DNA from: Halobacteriaceae archaeon | Lineage (GTDB): Archaea > Halobacteriota > Halobacteria > Halobacteriales > Halobacteriaceae | NCBI GenBank assembly: GCA_042216675.1 | Contig: JBDGTS010000014.1 | Coordinates: 27,592 to 52,854, forward strand | Reading direction: 5' to 3' | Length of the DNA: 25,263 nt | Shown here: positions 9,344-17,853 of the stretch, piece after piece | Layout of the letters: every line of letters starts with the position of its first letter | Position numbering within the stretch: position 1 is the first letter of the stretch | Position numbers and translations under genes: made by a program | Notes under the pieces: model-generated | What the model saw: only the letters and a program-made list of their open reading frames with translations | Told to the model about the DNA's origin: nothing | Databases searched by the model: none

Positions 9344-9987
9344 GCACTCCCCTCCAAGCTATCTTCGATCACCGATTCAGCCTCTTTCCGGGCGTTGGGT
9401 TCGCCAGTACGTAAAGCCTTCCAAACCGCGTCCGACGCCACGACGGCGCGGAGCGCGTCCCGCCGGGCCGAACGCGGCAGGCCCCGGTCGCGCAGGTCCG
9501 CCCGCAGGTCGCCCGTGAGAGCGGCCATCGCGCCAGCCCCGTCGAGTTCAGTTTCGATGCGCCGGCGCAGTTCCCGGGCCAGCGCCGGACTCGTTCCCCC
9601 CGTCGTCACGCTGACGGCGACGGGGTCGTCGCGCACCGTCGCGGGCACGACGACGTGGCCCGCGTCGCGTTCGCCCGCCTCGTCGGCCCGGTTCGCCAGC
9701 GCACCGGCCTCCTGTGCGGCCGTCGCCGCCGCCTCGTTCACCGCGTCGTCGTCCGTCGCCGCGACGACGAGGGCCGGGTCGGTGCGCTCGACCCATTCGT
9801 GGACGTCCTCGGGCGACGGGTCGGCCCGCACTCGCCGCGCGCCGCCGTAGTCCCCGGCGTCGAAGGCGGGGCTGACGACCACCACGTCAGCCTCGGCGGC
9901 GAAGCGCCGCGCCCGGCGGGCGCCGACGGGGCCGCCGCCGAACACCACCACCGTCTCGCCCTCGAAGTCGTGGACTAGCGGAATCAT
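9340..9987 (-). CDS. sirC: precorrin-2 dehydrogenase / sirohydrochlorin ferrochelatase (SirC/CysG N-terminal type)
   Basis: MIPL start, Rossmann GGGPVG, AATDD and TGGTSPALA; ATGA overlap with hemA. Confidence 0.88.
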   Translation of the reverse strand: MIPLVHDFEGETVVVFGGGPVGARRARRFAAEADVVVVSPAFDAGDYGGARRVRADPSPEDVHEWVERTDPALVVAATDDDAVNEAAATAAQEAGALANRADEAGERDAGHVVVPATVRDDPVAVSVTTGGTSPALARELRRRIETELDGAGAMAALTGDLRADLRDRGLPRSARRDALRAVVASDAVWKALRTGEPNARKEAESVIEDSLEGSA

Positions 9988-10054
9988 TCGACGCGGTGGC
10001 ACTCGGCCCTCGGCGACCATAAGCGCCCTGCCTGCGACGAAAATAGCGACCCGG

Positions 10055-10483
10055 CTACGCGTCCGCGACGGCCTCGGGACCGAACCCCTCCTCGGTGACG
10101 CCGACGGCCTCGTAGCCGCTGTCGCGCAGGTCGGCGAGGATGTCCGCGAACCCCTCCGTCGCCTCCCAGTAGATGACGACGTCGTAGGTGCCCTCGCGAA
10201 ACAGCTGTTGGCACTCCCAGACGAACTCGTCGCCCTCGACGGTGAGGCCGTGGTGCTGGTTCACGCCGAAGTCCGGGTCGTCGTTGCCGGAGTAGACGTA
10301 GGTGTCGCCAGCGTCCGCGTGTTCGGCCACGACGTCCCCGATTTCGAGGGTCGCCTGATGGAGCAGGGCCTCCTCGTCGTTTGCGAAGCCGGTGTGGACG
10401 ACGGCACCGTGCAGGGTCACGTCGCCCGGCTTGAGCAGTTCGACGGCCCGGCGGTACAGGCTGTCGTCGGTGGCTTGGCTCAC
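10055..10483 (-). CDS. conserved haloarchaeal hypothetical protein (DUF5778-like)
   Basis: Acidic protein with YVYSGNDDPDFGVNQHHG and FVWECQQL; GTG start overlaps the csp stop (GTGA). Family name recalled, not searched. Confidence 0.72.
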   Translation of the reverse strand: MSQATDDSLYRRAVELLKPGDVTLHGAVVHTGFANDEEALLHQATLEIGDVVAEHADAGDTYVYSGNDDPDFGVNQHHGLTVEGDEFVWECQQLFREGTYDVVIYWEATEGFADILADLRDSGYEAVGVTEEGFGPEAVADA

Positions 10484-10680
10484 GAGTCCAACCGCTCCAC
10501 GTTAGTCGCTCGGGGGCCCTCCTCGGCCTCCTCGATTTCGAACTCGACCTCCTGGCCCTCTTCGAGGTCCGGCCCCTCGATGTCGGCCATGTGGAAGAAC
10601 ACGTCGTCGTCAGCCGCGTCGGTCTCGATGAATCCGTATCCACCGCTGTCGTTGAAGAACGCGACGGTGCCGCGTGCCAT
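10480..10680 (-). CDS. cold-shock protein (CSD)
   Basis: MARGTVAFFN, RNP1 GYGFI, RNP2 VFFH and GPRATNV; 66 aa. Confidence 0.95.
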   Translation of the reverse strand: MARGTVAFFNDSGGYGFIETDAADDDVFFHMADIEGPDLEEGQEVEFEIEEAEEGPRATNVERLDS

Positions 10681-10766
10681 AGTATCTGAATTCACGGCCG
10701 GTGAGACTAAAAACCTCCCGTCTCGACACACAAGGCTCATACCCCCGTAGTGAGCAGGAATTGACG

Positions 10767-11687
10767 ATGCGGACGTGGCTCCGACGACAGGTGCGCGAGG
10801 CGTACGAGCGCCTGCTCCGTCGGGAAATCGACGGCGTTCCCGCGCACGTCGCGGTCATTCAGGACGGCAACCGACGTTACGCCCGACAGCGCGGCGGCGA
10901 CGCCCACGACGGGCACCGCGCCGGCGCCGAGACGACGGCGGACGTCCTCAAGTGGTGTGCGGACCTCGGCGTCGAGGAACTCACGCTCTACACCTTCTCC
11001 ACCGAGAACGACAAGCGCCCCGCCGAGGAGCGCGAACGCCTCTTCGACCTGCTGGCAGACAAACTCCGCGAGTTCGCCGACGCCGACAGAGTTCACGAGG
11101 ACGGCGTGCGAATCCGCGCTATCGGTGACGTGGACCGCCTCCCCGACAGGGTGCAGGACGCCGTCGCGTACGCGGAGCGCCGCACCCGCCACCACGAGGC
11201 CTTCGTGTTGAACGTCGCGGTGGGCTACGGCGGCCGGACCGAACTGCTCGGGGCGGTGCGCGACGTGGCCCGCGACGTGGCGGCCGGCGAGGTGGACCCG
11301 GAGTCGGTGTCCGTCGGCACCGTGGAGCGACGCCTCCACGGCGACAGGGTGCGCGACGTGGACCTCATCCTCCGAACCGGTGGCGACGAGCGCACGTCGA
11401 ATTTCCTCCCGTGGCACGCCAACGGCAACGAGGCGGCGGCGGTGTTCTGCACGCCGTACTGGCCGGAGTTCTCGAAGACGGACTTCCTGCGCGCGGTGCG
11501 GACCTACCAGCGCAGAGAGGAGTCGTGGCGGCGCACACGCGCACTCCGTGCGCTCTCGCTCGTGCGCGCCGTCGGTGGCACCGAGCTCGACGAGGCGCGC
11601 CGCGTCCTGCGGCGCTTCCGCGACCACCTTCCCAACGGCGAGTCCGCGGAGGCAGTCGAAGACGCGGAGCCACGACCCGCCGACTGA
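10767..11687 (+). CDS. uppS: cis-prenyltransferase, catalytic-type (UppS/DHDDS-like)
   Basis: HVAVIQDGNRR, FSTEN, YGGR, DLILRTGGDERTSNFLPW and WPEF motifs. Confidence 0.93.
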   Translation: MRTWLRRQVREAYERLLRREIDGVPAHVAVIQDGNRRYARQRGGDAHDGHRAGAETTADVLKWCADLGVEELTLYTFSTENDKRPAEERERLFDLLADKLREFADADRVHEDGVRIRAIGDVDRLPDRVQDAVAYAERRTRHHEAFVLNVAVGYGGRTELLGAVRDVARDVAAGEVDPESVSVGTVERRLHGDRVRDVDLILRTGGDERTSNFLPWHANGNEAAAVFCTPYWPEFSKTDFLRAVRTYQRREESWRRTRALRALSLVRAVGGTELDEARRVLRRFRDHLPNGESAEAVEDAEPRPAD

Positions 11688-12296
11688 TCACCGGCCGAAG
11701 CGGCGCTGTCTGTCGGCGTAGTCCAGCAGTGCGCGCAGGTAGTCCCGCTTGCGCACGTCGCGCCAGTTCACGTCGGTGAAGTACAGTTCCGAGTAGACGG
11801 ACTGCCAGATCATGAAATCCGAGAGCCGCTCGGCACCAGTCTTGATGACGAGGTCCGGTTCCTCGGGGAACACGAGTCGCTCCTCGATGTCCGAGCCGTC
11901 GATGTCGTCGGGGTCGAGGTCCGACTCGGCCACGTCGTGTGCGATATCCTGCACCGCACCCGCGAACTCGTGGCGGCCCCCGAGGCCGACGCTCACTTGA
12001 ATCGGCGCGTCGGCCCGGTCGGTGTCGTGGGGGCCGCGCACGGCCACCTCGCGAGGGGCCGGGAGGCGTTCGAGTTCACGCCGGAGGGTCGGCGCGGCCG
12101 CCTCGTCGAGGACGCTGACGTACACCGTCACCTGTTCGGCGCCGTAGTCGAACGCCCACCGGAACAGCGCCGTGAGCGTGTCGTAGGCGTCCCGCTCCAG
12201 CAGGTCCCGCTCGGTGATGACCAGCGCGACGTGGTCGGGGAGGGCGTCGGCGTTCCGACGGACGCGCAGGGACAGGTAGCGGTCGTAGAGACCCAC
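11688..12296 (-). CDS. degenerate cis-prenyltransferase paralogue (Nus1/NgBR-like)
   Basis: Keeps PDLVIKTG.ERLSDFMIWQSVYSELYF and C-terminal RRFGR, but HVALVITERD replaces DGNRR; GTG start at 12296. Confidence 0.85.
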   Translation of the reverse strand: MGLYDRYLSLRVRRNADALPDHVALVITERDLLERDAYDTLTALFRWAFDYGAEQVTVYVSVLDEAAAPTLRRELERLPAPREVAVRGPHDTDRADAPIQVSVGLGGRHEFAGAVQDIAHDVAESDLDPDDIDGSDIEERLVFPEEPDLVIKTGAERLSDFMIWQSVYSELYFTDVNWRDVRKRDYLRALLDYADRQRRFGR

Positions 12297-12320
12297 ACGG
12301 GCGGCTACACCGGCTGTCGG

Positions 12321-12353
12321 TAAAAGTCCACCACTCCGGTTCGGGAGGGTTAA
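12321..12353. promoter_or_regulatory. back-to-back TATA-like elements of a divergent promoter
   Basis: Minus-strand TTTTA (12321-12325) is about 25-29 nt before GTG 12296; plus-strand TTAA (12350-12353) is about 29-32 nt before GTG 12382. Confidence 0.55.
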
Positions 12354-12381
12354 GTGACCGCCGAGGAACCGTGGGGGTAGT

Positions 12382-13728
12382 GTGACATCGACGCTCCGTC
12401 GGGCGGCGGCCTTCGCGGTTGTCGCGACGCTGGCGCTCGGGGCGCCACTCCTCGGAGCGGCCGCTGTGGCCCCGTTCTTGCTGGTCGCGGCCGGCGCGGC
12501 GGCGACCACGTCCGGCCCCGTCTTCGAGTTGTTCGCGCGGCCCGGCGATTATCAGGAGGGACGGCTGTACGGCCTCCTGAGTTTCGCCCTCGCAGCCGCG
12601 GGGCTGGCGGTGCTGCCGACGCTCGTCGACTTCCCCGTCGGCGTCTTCGTCGCGGCCGTCCTGCTCGTCGGCTGGGGGAATCTCGCGGCCGTCGCGACCA
12701 GACGGCTCGGCCGCGCCGACATCCTGACGACGGCGGCGTTCACCTGCGGCGGGGCCGGGGCGGCGGCCGTCGGCCTCGTCGCGGCACCGCGCATCGCCGC
12801 CGCGAGCCTCGTCGCCGACGTGCCGGCCCTCGCCGTCGAGACGGGCGTACCGGTCGCGCCGCCGAAAGTCGTTTTCCTCGCCGCCAGCGGGGCGCTGTTC
12901 GCGGGCCTCCTGCGGGCCGTCTTCCCCGGCCACGAGGACCCGTTGATGCTCGTCGCCGGCGCGATGGCGCTCTGGCTCCTCCACTACCTCCCCGTCGAGG
13001 TGTCGTGGCAGGGCATCGCGCTCGCTCTCGCGGTGACCGTCGGCTTCGGCTACGTCTCGTGGGCGCTCGACACAGCTTCCATCACGGGGATGCTCACGGG
13101 CATCCTGCTGGGTCTCGTCACCGTCGTTCTCGGGGGGTACGACTGGTTCCTCGTGATGCTCGCGTTCTTCGGCATCGGTGGCCTCTCGACGAAGTTCCGC
13201 TACGAGGAGAAACTCGACCGCGGCGTCGCCGAACCCGACGGCGGCGCGCGCGGCACCGCGAACGTCCTCGGCAACTCCCTGCCGGGCCTCGTCGCCGTCG
13301 TGCTGTTCGCGGCCAGCGTCCACTCGCTGCTTCCCGTTTCGGCCGACGTGTTCCAGTACGCCTTCGCGGGGAGCATGGCGACGGCACTGGGCGACACGCT
13401 CTCCAGTGAAATCGGCGGTCTCTACGACCAGCCTCGGCTGGTCACCACCTTCCAACGCGTCGAACCCGGCACCGATGGCGCGGTGACGTGGCAGGGCGAA
13501 CTCGCGGGCCTCGCCGGGAGCGCCGTCATCGCAGGCCTCGCGGTCGCGCTGTTCTCGCTTTCGGCCGTCGGCGGTGTCGTCGTCGTCGCGGGCGGCGTGG
13601 CTGGCATGACGGCCGACAGTCTCCTCGGTGCGACTGTCGAAGGTGGGTACCTCGGCAACCAGAGCGTCAACTTTCTCGCGACGGGCACCGGCGCCGCGGT
13701 GGGCGGTGCGCTCGCGCTCCTACTGTAG
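12382..13728 (+). CDS. DUF92 (TMEM19/VTE6-like) multipass membrane protein with an extra N-terminal membrane region
   Basis: DUF92 motifs R...NVLGN, DTLSSEIG, PGTDGAVTWQG, DSLLGAT and N..VNFLAT. Confidence 0.88.
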   Translation: MTSTLRRAAAFAVVATLALGAPLLGAAAVAPFLLVAAGAAATTSGPVFELFARPGDYQEGRLYGLLSFALAAAGLAVLPTLVDFPVGVFVAAVLLVGWGNLAAVATRRLGRADILTTAAFTCGGAGAAAVGLVAAPRIAAASLVADVPALAVETGVPVAPPKVVFLAASGALFAGLLRAVFPGHEDPLMLVAGAMALWLLHYLPVEVSWQGIALALAVTVGFGYVSWALDTASITGMLTGILLGLVTVVLGGYDWFLVMLAFFGIGGLSTKFRYEEKLDRGVAEPDGGARGTANVLGNSLPGLVAVVLFAASVHSLLPVSADVFQYAFAGSMATALGDTLSSEIGGLYDQPRLVTTFQRVEPGTDGAVTWQGELAGLAGSAVIAGLAVALFSLSAVGGVVVVAGGVAGMTADSLLGATVEGGYLGNQSVNFLATGTGAAVGGALALLL

Positions 13729-14955
13729 TTCGGCCGCGGTGTGGACCCGCACGGAGGCCGGCTGTTTCGTGAAGTCGCCGCGTTCGCGGCCGACGACGCG
13801 TTCGACGCCCCGTTGCGCCGCCACGTCCAACAGCGCTTGGGTCACGACGCCGTCCACGACGACGGCGTGGGGCACCTCCTCGACGGCTTCGACCGCCGCC
13901 ACGGCGTCGTCGGCGTCGGCTTCCTCCAGCACCGAGCAGTCGGACGCAAGCAGACGCACGGTTCCGGTGCCGTCCTCACAGACGGCCGTGGCGTGCGCGG
14001 GGAGTGTCTGTGGCGTCGCGATGACGGCTGTGCCGCCACTCTCCGAGTCCGCCTCGACCGTCCCGTTCGTCTCGGCGGCCTCGCTGGCTTCGCTGGCTTC
14101 GTTGGCTTCGCTGGCTTCGCTGGCCTCCGCCTCACCTTCCTCCTCGTCGAGTCTGTCCAGCGCCACGTCGAGGGGCACCTTCTCGCGGAGGGCGTGCAGT
14201 ACTGCCTCGCGGGAGAGGTCCTCGACGGACCGCCCATCGGGCGCCCGCGCGACGTAGTCGATGTCGCCGACTTGTGCGAGTTCGCGGAGAATCAGGTCCC
14301 CACCGTGGTCACCGTCGAGGAACGCCGTCGCCGTGCGCTCCCGGGTGAGGTCAGCGATGGGGTCGGGCACGTTGACGCCCTCGACGGCGACGGCGTTCTT
14401 CACGCCGTAGCGCAGGAGGCGAAGCACGTCCGCGCGTCCCTCGACGACGATGACGGCGTCCCCAGCGCCGACGCGCGGGCCTGCTGGGTAGCCCTCGTAC
14501 TCCACGATGTCCTCGACGCGGACGCTCTCGCGCACCTCAGCGACGAGTTCCTCCGTCGTCAGCGTGTCCTCGAACGCCGTCGCGAGCAGTTCCTTCGCGC
14601 GGTCCACGACGGCCCGGCGCTTCGCCGAGCGGGCGTCCTGAATCTCGGTGACCCGAATCGTCGCTTCGCAGGGTCCGACTCGGTCGATGGTTTCGAGTCC
14701 GGCCGCGAGGACGGCCGTCTCGACCCTGTCGAGGTTGCTCGCGATGGTCAACTGTCCGAACGACTGGCCGCCCTCGCTCTCGATGGCCACGTCTATCCGG
14801 CCGAGCTTCGAGGACTGCTGGAGGTCCCGGATGTCGAGTTCGTCGCCCAGCAGTCCCTCCGTCTGGCCGAACACCGCGCCGACGACGTCGCTTCGCTCGA
14901 CGACGCCGTCCGTCGCGACGTCCGCGTGGATGAGGTATTTTGCAGTGTCCTCCAT
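13720..14955 (-). CDS. dnaG: archaeal DnaG-like protein (TOPRIM)
   Basis: KYLI...GVVERSDVVGAVFGQTEGLLG, IVVEGRADV and DGDHGG motifs; its 3' end overlaps the DUF92 gene convergently by 9 nt. Confidence 0.95.
   Translation of the reverse strand: MEDTAKYLIHADVATDGVVERSDVVGAVFGQTEGLLGDELDIRDLQQSSKLGRIDVAIESEGGQSFGQLTIASNLDRVETAVLAAGLETIDRVGPCEATIRVTEIQDARSAKRRAVVDRAKELLATAFEDTLTTEELVAEVRESVRVEDIVEYEGYPAGPRVGAGDAVIVVEGRADVLRLLRYGVKNAVAVEGVNVPDPIADLTRERTATAFLDGDHGGDLILRELAQVGDIDYVARAPDGRSVEDLSREAVLHALREKVPLDVALDRLDEEEGEAEASEASEANEASEASEAAETNGTVEADSESGGTAVIATPQTLPAHATAVCEDGTGTVRLLASDCSVLEEADADDAVAAVEAVEEVPHAVVVDGVVTQALLDVAAQRGVERVVGRERGDFTKQPASVRVHTAAELQ
14083..14127. repeat. 9-bp tandem repeat (GCTGGCTTC)x5 in the dnaG linker
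   Basis: Five near-perfect units encoding EAS-EAS-EAN-EAS-EAS. Confidence 0.85.
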
Positions 14956-15122
14956 GCGGAAACAGCCCCGTGGCGAGGGCACCTCTTCGCTTCTCTCGTA
15001 CAGCGTCGCGGTGGAAATACCTGTCGTCGCCGCGGAGTTTGAACGATATTTTTCTTCAACATGGCTGTCCGAAGGTCTATCAGCAACCCTTATGCCGTAG
15101 TGTTCGTTAACCGTCGCTATAC

Positions 15123-15338
15123 ATGCGAAACCGAACGGAGAAGTTCGCGTGGGCGGCCGTGTTCGCCATCGTCGTCGGGTTGGCCGTGCCGTGGTTCCTC
15201 TGGCGGGACGACACCGTCGTGGCCGGCCTCCCTGTGTGGGTGTGGTGGCACGTCGGGTGGCTGGTGCTCACCTCGGCTGTGTTCTACGCGTTCACCCAGC
15301 GCTCGTGGGGCCTCTGGGTCGGGGGTGAGCGCGCGTGA
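15123..15338 (+). CDS. small two-TM membrane protein (DUF3311-like), SSS transporter partner
   Basis: PWFLW...GLPVWVWW pattern; GTGA overlap with the symporter. Confidence 0.8.
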   Translation: MRNRTEKFAWAAVFAIVVGLAVPWFLWRDDTVVAGLPVWVWWHVGWLVLTSAVFYAFTQRSWGLWVGGERA

Positions 15339-16882
15339 GCGTCGCACTCCAGATGGGTATCGTCGTGGCCTACCTCCTTTTGGCGCTCGGGGTGGGCTAC
15401 TTCGCGTACCGGCTCACCGAACGGACCGCCGAGGACTACTACCTCGCGAGTCGGACCATCGGCACCGTCGTCCTCCTGTTCACGACGTTCGCCACGCTGC
15501 TCTCGGCGTTCACGTTCTTCGCCGGACCGAACATCGCCGCCGCGTTCGGGCCGGAGTGGATTCTGGTGATGGGGTTGATGGACGGCGTCATCTTCGGCGT
15601 CCTCTGGTACTTCGTGGGCTACAAGCAGTGGCTCCTCGGGCGCAAGCACGGCTACGTCACCCTCGGGGAGATGCTCGGCGACCGATTCGGCTCCCGGCGT
15701 CTCCGGGGCGGCGTCGCCCTCGTCAGCCTGTTCTGGCTGTTCCCGTACGTGATGCTCCAGCAGGACGGGGCCGGCACCGCCCTCGCGGCGCTGACGGAGG
15801 GCGCCGTGCCGTACTGGGCCGGCGCGGCCCTCATCACCGTGTTCATGATTCTCTACGTCGTCCTCGCGGGGATGCGCGGCGTCGCGTGGACGGACACGCT
15901 GCAGGGCGCGTTCATGCTCGTCGTGGTCTGGACGGCGCTCGTCTGGGTGCTCCACTCCGTCGGCGGCGCGTCGGCCGCGACGGCGGCGATGGGCGACGCC
16001 AACGCCGAGTTCCTCGCGCTCGGCGGCGGGTTCTACGCCGTCCCGAACTTCCTCTCGACGGCCGTCGGCATCGCCTTCGGCGTCACGATGTTCCCGCAGG
16101 TGAACCAGCGCTTCTTCGTCGGCAAGTCCGAGGAAGTCCTCAAGCGCTCGTTCGCGCTCTGGCCCGTCCTCGTCATCCTCCTGTTCGTGCCTGCGTTCCT
16201 CCTCGGCGCGTGGGCGACCGGACTCGGCGTCACCTCCGAGGCGGGCAACGTCCTGCCGGCTCTCCTCGCCGACCACACGCCGGGCTGGTTCGCCGCCGTC
16301 GTCGTCGCGGGCGCGATGGCCGCGATGATGTCGTCCTCGGACTCGATGCTTCTCTCGGGGTCGTCGTACTTCACGCGGGACCTCTACCGCCCGTTCGTGA
16401 GCGAGGGCGTCGACGAGCGCCGCGAGGACCGCCTCGCGCGCGTCGGCGTCGCCGCGTTCGCCCTCGCGACGTACGGCATGAGCCTCTACAACCACAGCAT
16501 CGAGGGGACGTGGACCCTCTACCGCATCGGCGACACCGCGTTCGGCGGCTTCGCCCAACTCGCACTCCCCGTCGTCGTCGCTCTCTACTGGACGCGCACG
16601 ACCCGCTCCGGCGTCGCGACGGGTATCTTCGGCAGTCAGGCGTTCTTCCTCCTGACGGTGTTCCAGCCGGAGACGTGGCTCGGTGACCTGCCCGTCGTCG
16701 GCGCGACGCTCGCCGAGGCGTGGGCGCCGGCCGCGGGCGTCTTCGCCGGCGCCTACTTCGGCGGGTGGGGCGCGAACGTCGTGGGGATGGCCCTCGGCCT
16801 CGCGCTGACCGTCGGCGTGTCGCTGGTCACCTCGCCCGCCGCCGACGAGGATCGCGCGGCGTACACCGTCGGCGCGGACTAG
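15335..16882 (+). CDS. sodium:solute symporter family protein (PanF/PutP-like)
   Basis: EDYYLASR, SAFTF, GMRGVAWTD.LQG and AAMMSSSDS motifs; many TM segments. Confidence 0.92.
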   Translation: MSVALQMGIVVAYLLLALGVGYFAYRLTERTAEDYYLASRTIGTVVLLFTTFATLLSAFTFFAGPNIAAAFGPEWILVMGLMDGVIFGVLWYFVGYKQWLLGRKHGYVTLGEMLGDRFGSRRLRGGVALVSLFWLFPYVMLQQDGAGTALAALTEGAVPYWAGAALITVFMILYVVLAGMRGVAWTDTLQGAFMLVVVWTALVWVLHSVGGASAATAAMGDANAEFLALGGGFYAVPNFLSTAVGIAFGVTMFPQVNQRFFVGKSEEVLKRSFALWPVLVILLFVPAFLLGAWATGLGVTSEAGNVLPALLADHTPGWFAAVVVAGAMAAMMSSSDSMLLSGSSYFTRDLYRPFVSEGVDERREDRLARVGVAAFALATYGMSLYNHSIEGTWTLYRIGDTAFGGFAQLALPVVVALYWTRTTRSGVATGIFGSQAFFLLTVFQPETWLGDLPVVGATLAEAWAPAAGVFAGAYFGGWGANVVGMALGLALTVGVSLVTSPAADEDRAAYTVGAD

Positions 16883-16917
16883 TCACGCACTTAGGGGAGG
16901 CACCCCTACGCCGCCCC

Positions 16918-17853
16918 ATGCAGACCCACATCGTCCCGGTCGGGTTCGACTACGACCGGCTCATCGCGCCGCTGGTCCGCGAGCGCCTGACCGTGGACCG
17001 GGTCGTCCTCCTCGAGGGCGCCGTCGGGAGCGCCGCCAACGTGGACTACTCCCGGCGCCTCGCGGAGAAACTCGAAGCGGACTTCCAGAATCTGCTCGGC
17101 GCCGACACCGAGCGCGTCGCCATCACGGACGTGTACGACTACGACGCCGCGTTCGCGCGGGCCTTCGACCTCATCAACGCCGAACTCGACACCTCCACCG
17201 ACGAGAACGGCGACGACGGGGACGTGTGGGTGAACGTCTCCGCGATGCCCCGGACGGTGAGTTTCGCGTTCGCCACCGCCGCCTCCTCCATCATGGTCGA
17301 ACGCGAGGACGACCGGGACCGCATCCACACCTACTACACGGCGCCCGAGAAGTACCTGGAGACCGAACTCGGGGAGGAACTCCGCGACGAAATCGACCTG
17401 TTAGAGGACGTGCGGGACGGGGACGTGGACGAGGAGCGTATCGACGAGCGCCTCGACAGCGCCCGCGACCTGCTTTCGGAGTTCGACGAGCGGGGCACCA
17501 CCGTCGGCGCGAAGAAAATCGGCGACAGCCATATCGTCGAACTCCCGGTGGCCTCCTTCTCGAACGTCAAGCCCTTCGAGGAACTCATCCTGTTCACGCT
17601 CGGGGAACACGGCGAGTTCGAGTCCGTCTCCGAACTCGCGGACACCCTCGCCACGGAACTCAACGAGGAGTTCACCGACTCGTTCCGCTCGAAGGTCATC
17701 TACAACGTGGACCGCCTCGGCCCCGGTGGGAAGGGGTACGTCGAGCAAGAGTCCCACGGCAAGTCCTACCGGACGCGGCTCTCCCGCACCGGCGAACTGT
17801 GGGTCCGGGCGCACGCCGACCGGCGCGACGACCTCGCCATCGACGGCGAGTGA
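16918..17853 (+). CDS. DUF6293-type putative transcriptional regulator (CARF-like N-terminal domain, C-terminal wHTH)
   Basis: HIVPVGFDYDR, VWVNVSAMPR, YYTAPEKY, then wHTH SVSELA...SKVIYNVDRL...GYV...RLSRTGELW; ATG 16918. Confidence 0.8.
   Translation: MQTHIVPVGFDYDRLIAPLVRERLTVDRVVLLEGAVGSAANVDYSRRLAEKLEADFQNLLGADTERVAITDVYDYDAAFARAFDLINAELDTSTDENGDDGDVWVNVSAMPRTVSFAFATAASSIMVEREDDRDRIHTYYTAPEKYLETELGEELRDEIDLLEDVRDGDVDEERIDERLDSARDLLSEFDERGTTVGAKKIGDSHIVELPVASFSNVKPFEELILFTLGEHGEFESVSELADTLATELNEEFTDSFRSKVIYNVDRLGPGGKGYVEQESHGKSYRTRLSRTGELWVRAHADRRDDLAIDGE

Noticed and set aside
14956-15122. AT-richer intergenic region as an ncRNA or foreign insert
   Set aside because: Explained by divergent promoters of dnaG and the DUF3311-SSS unit; no strong structure seen.
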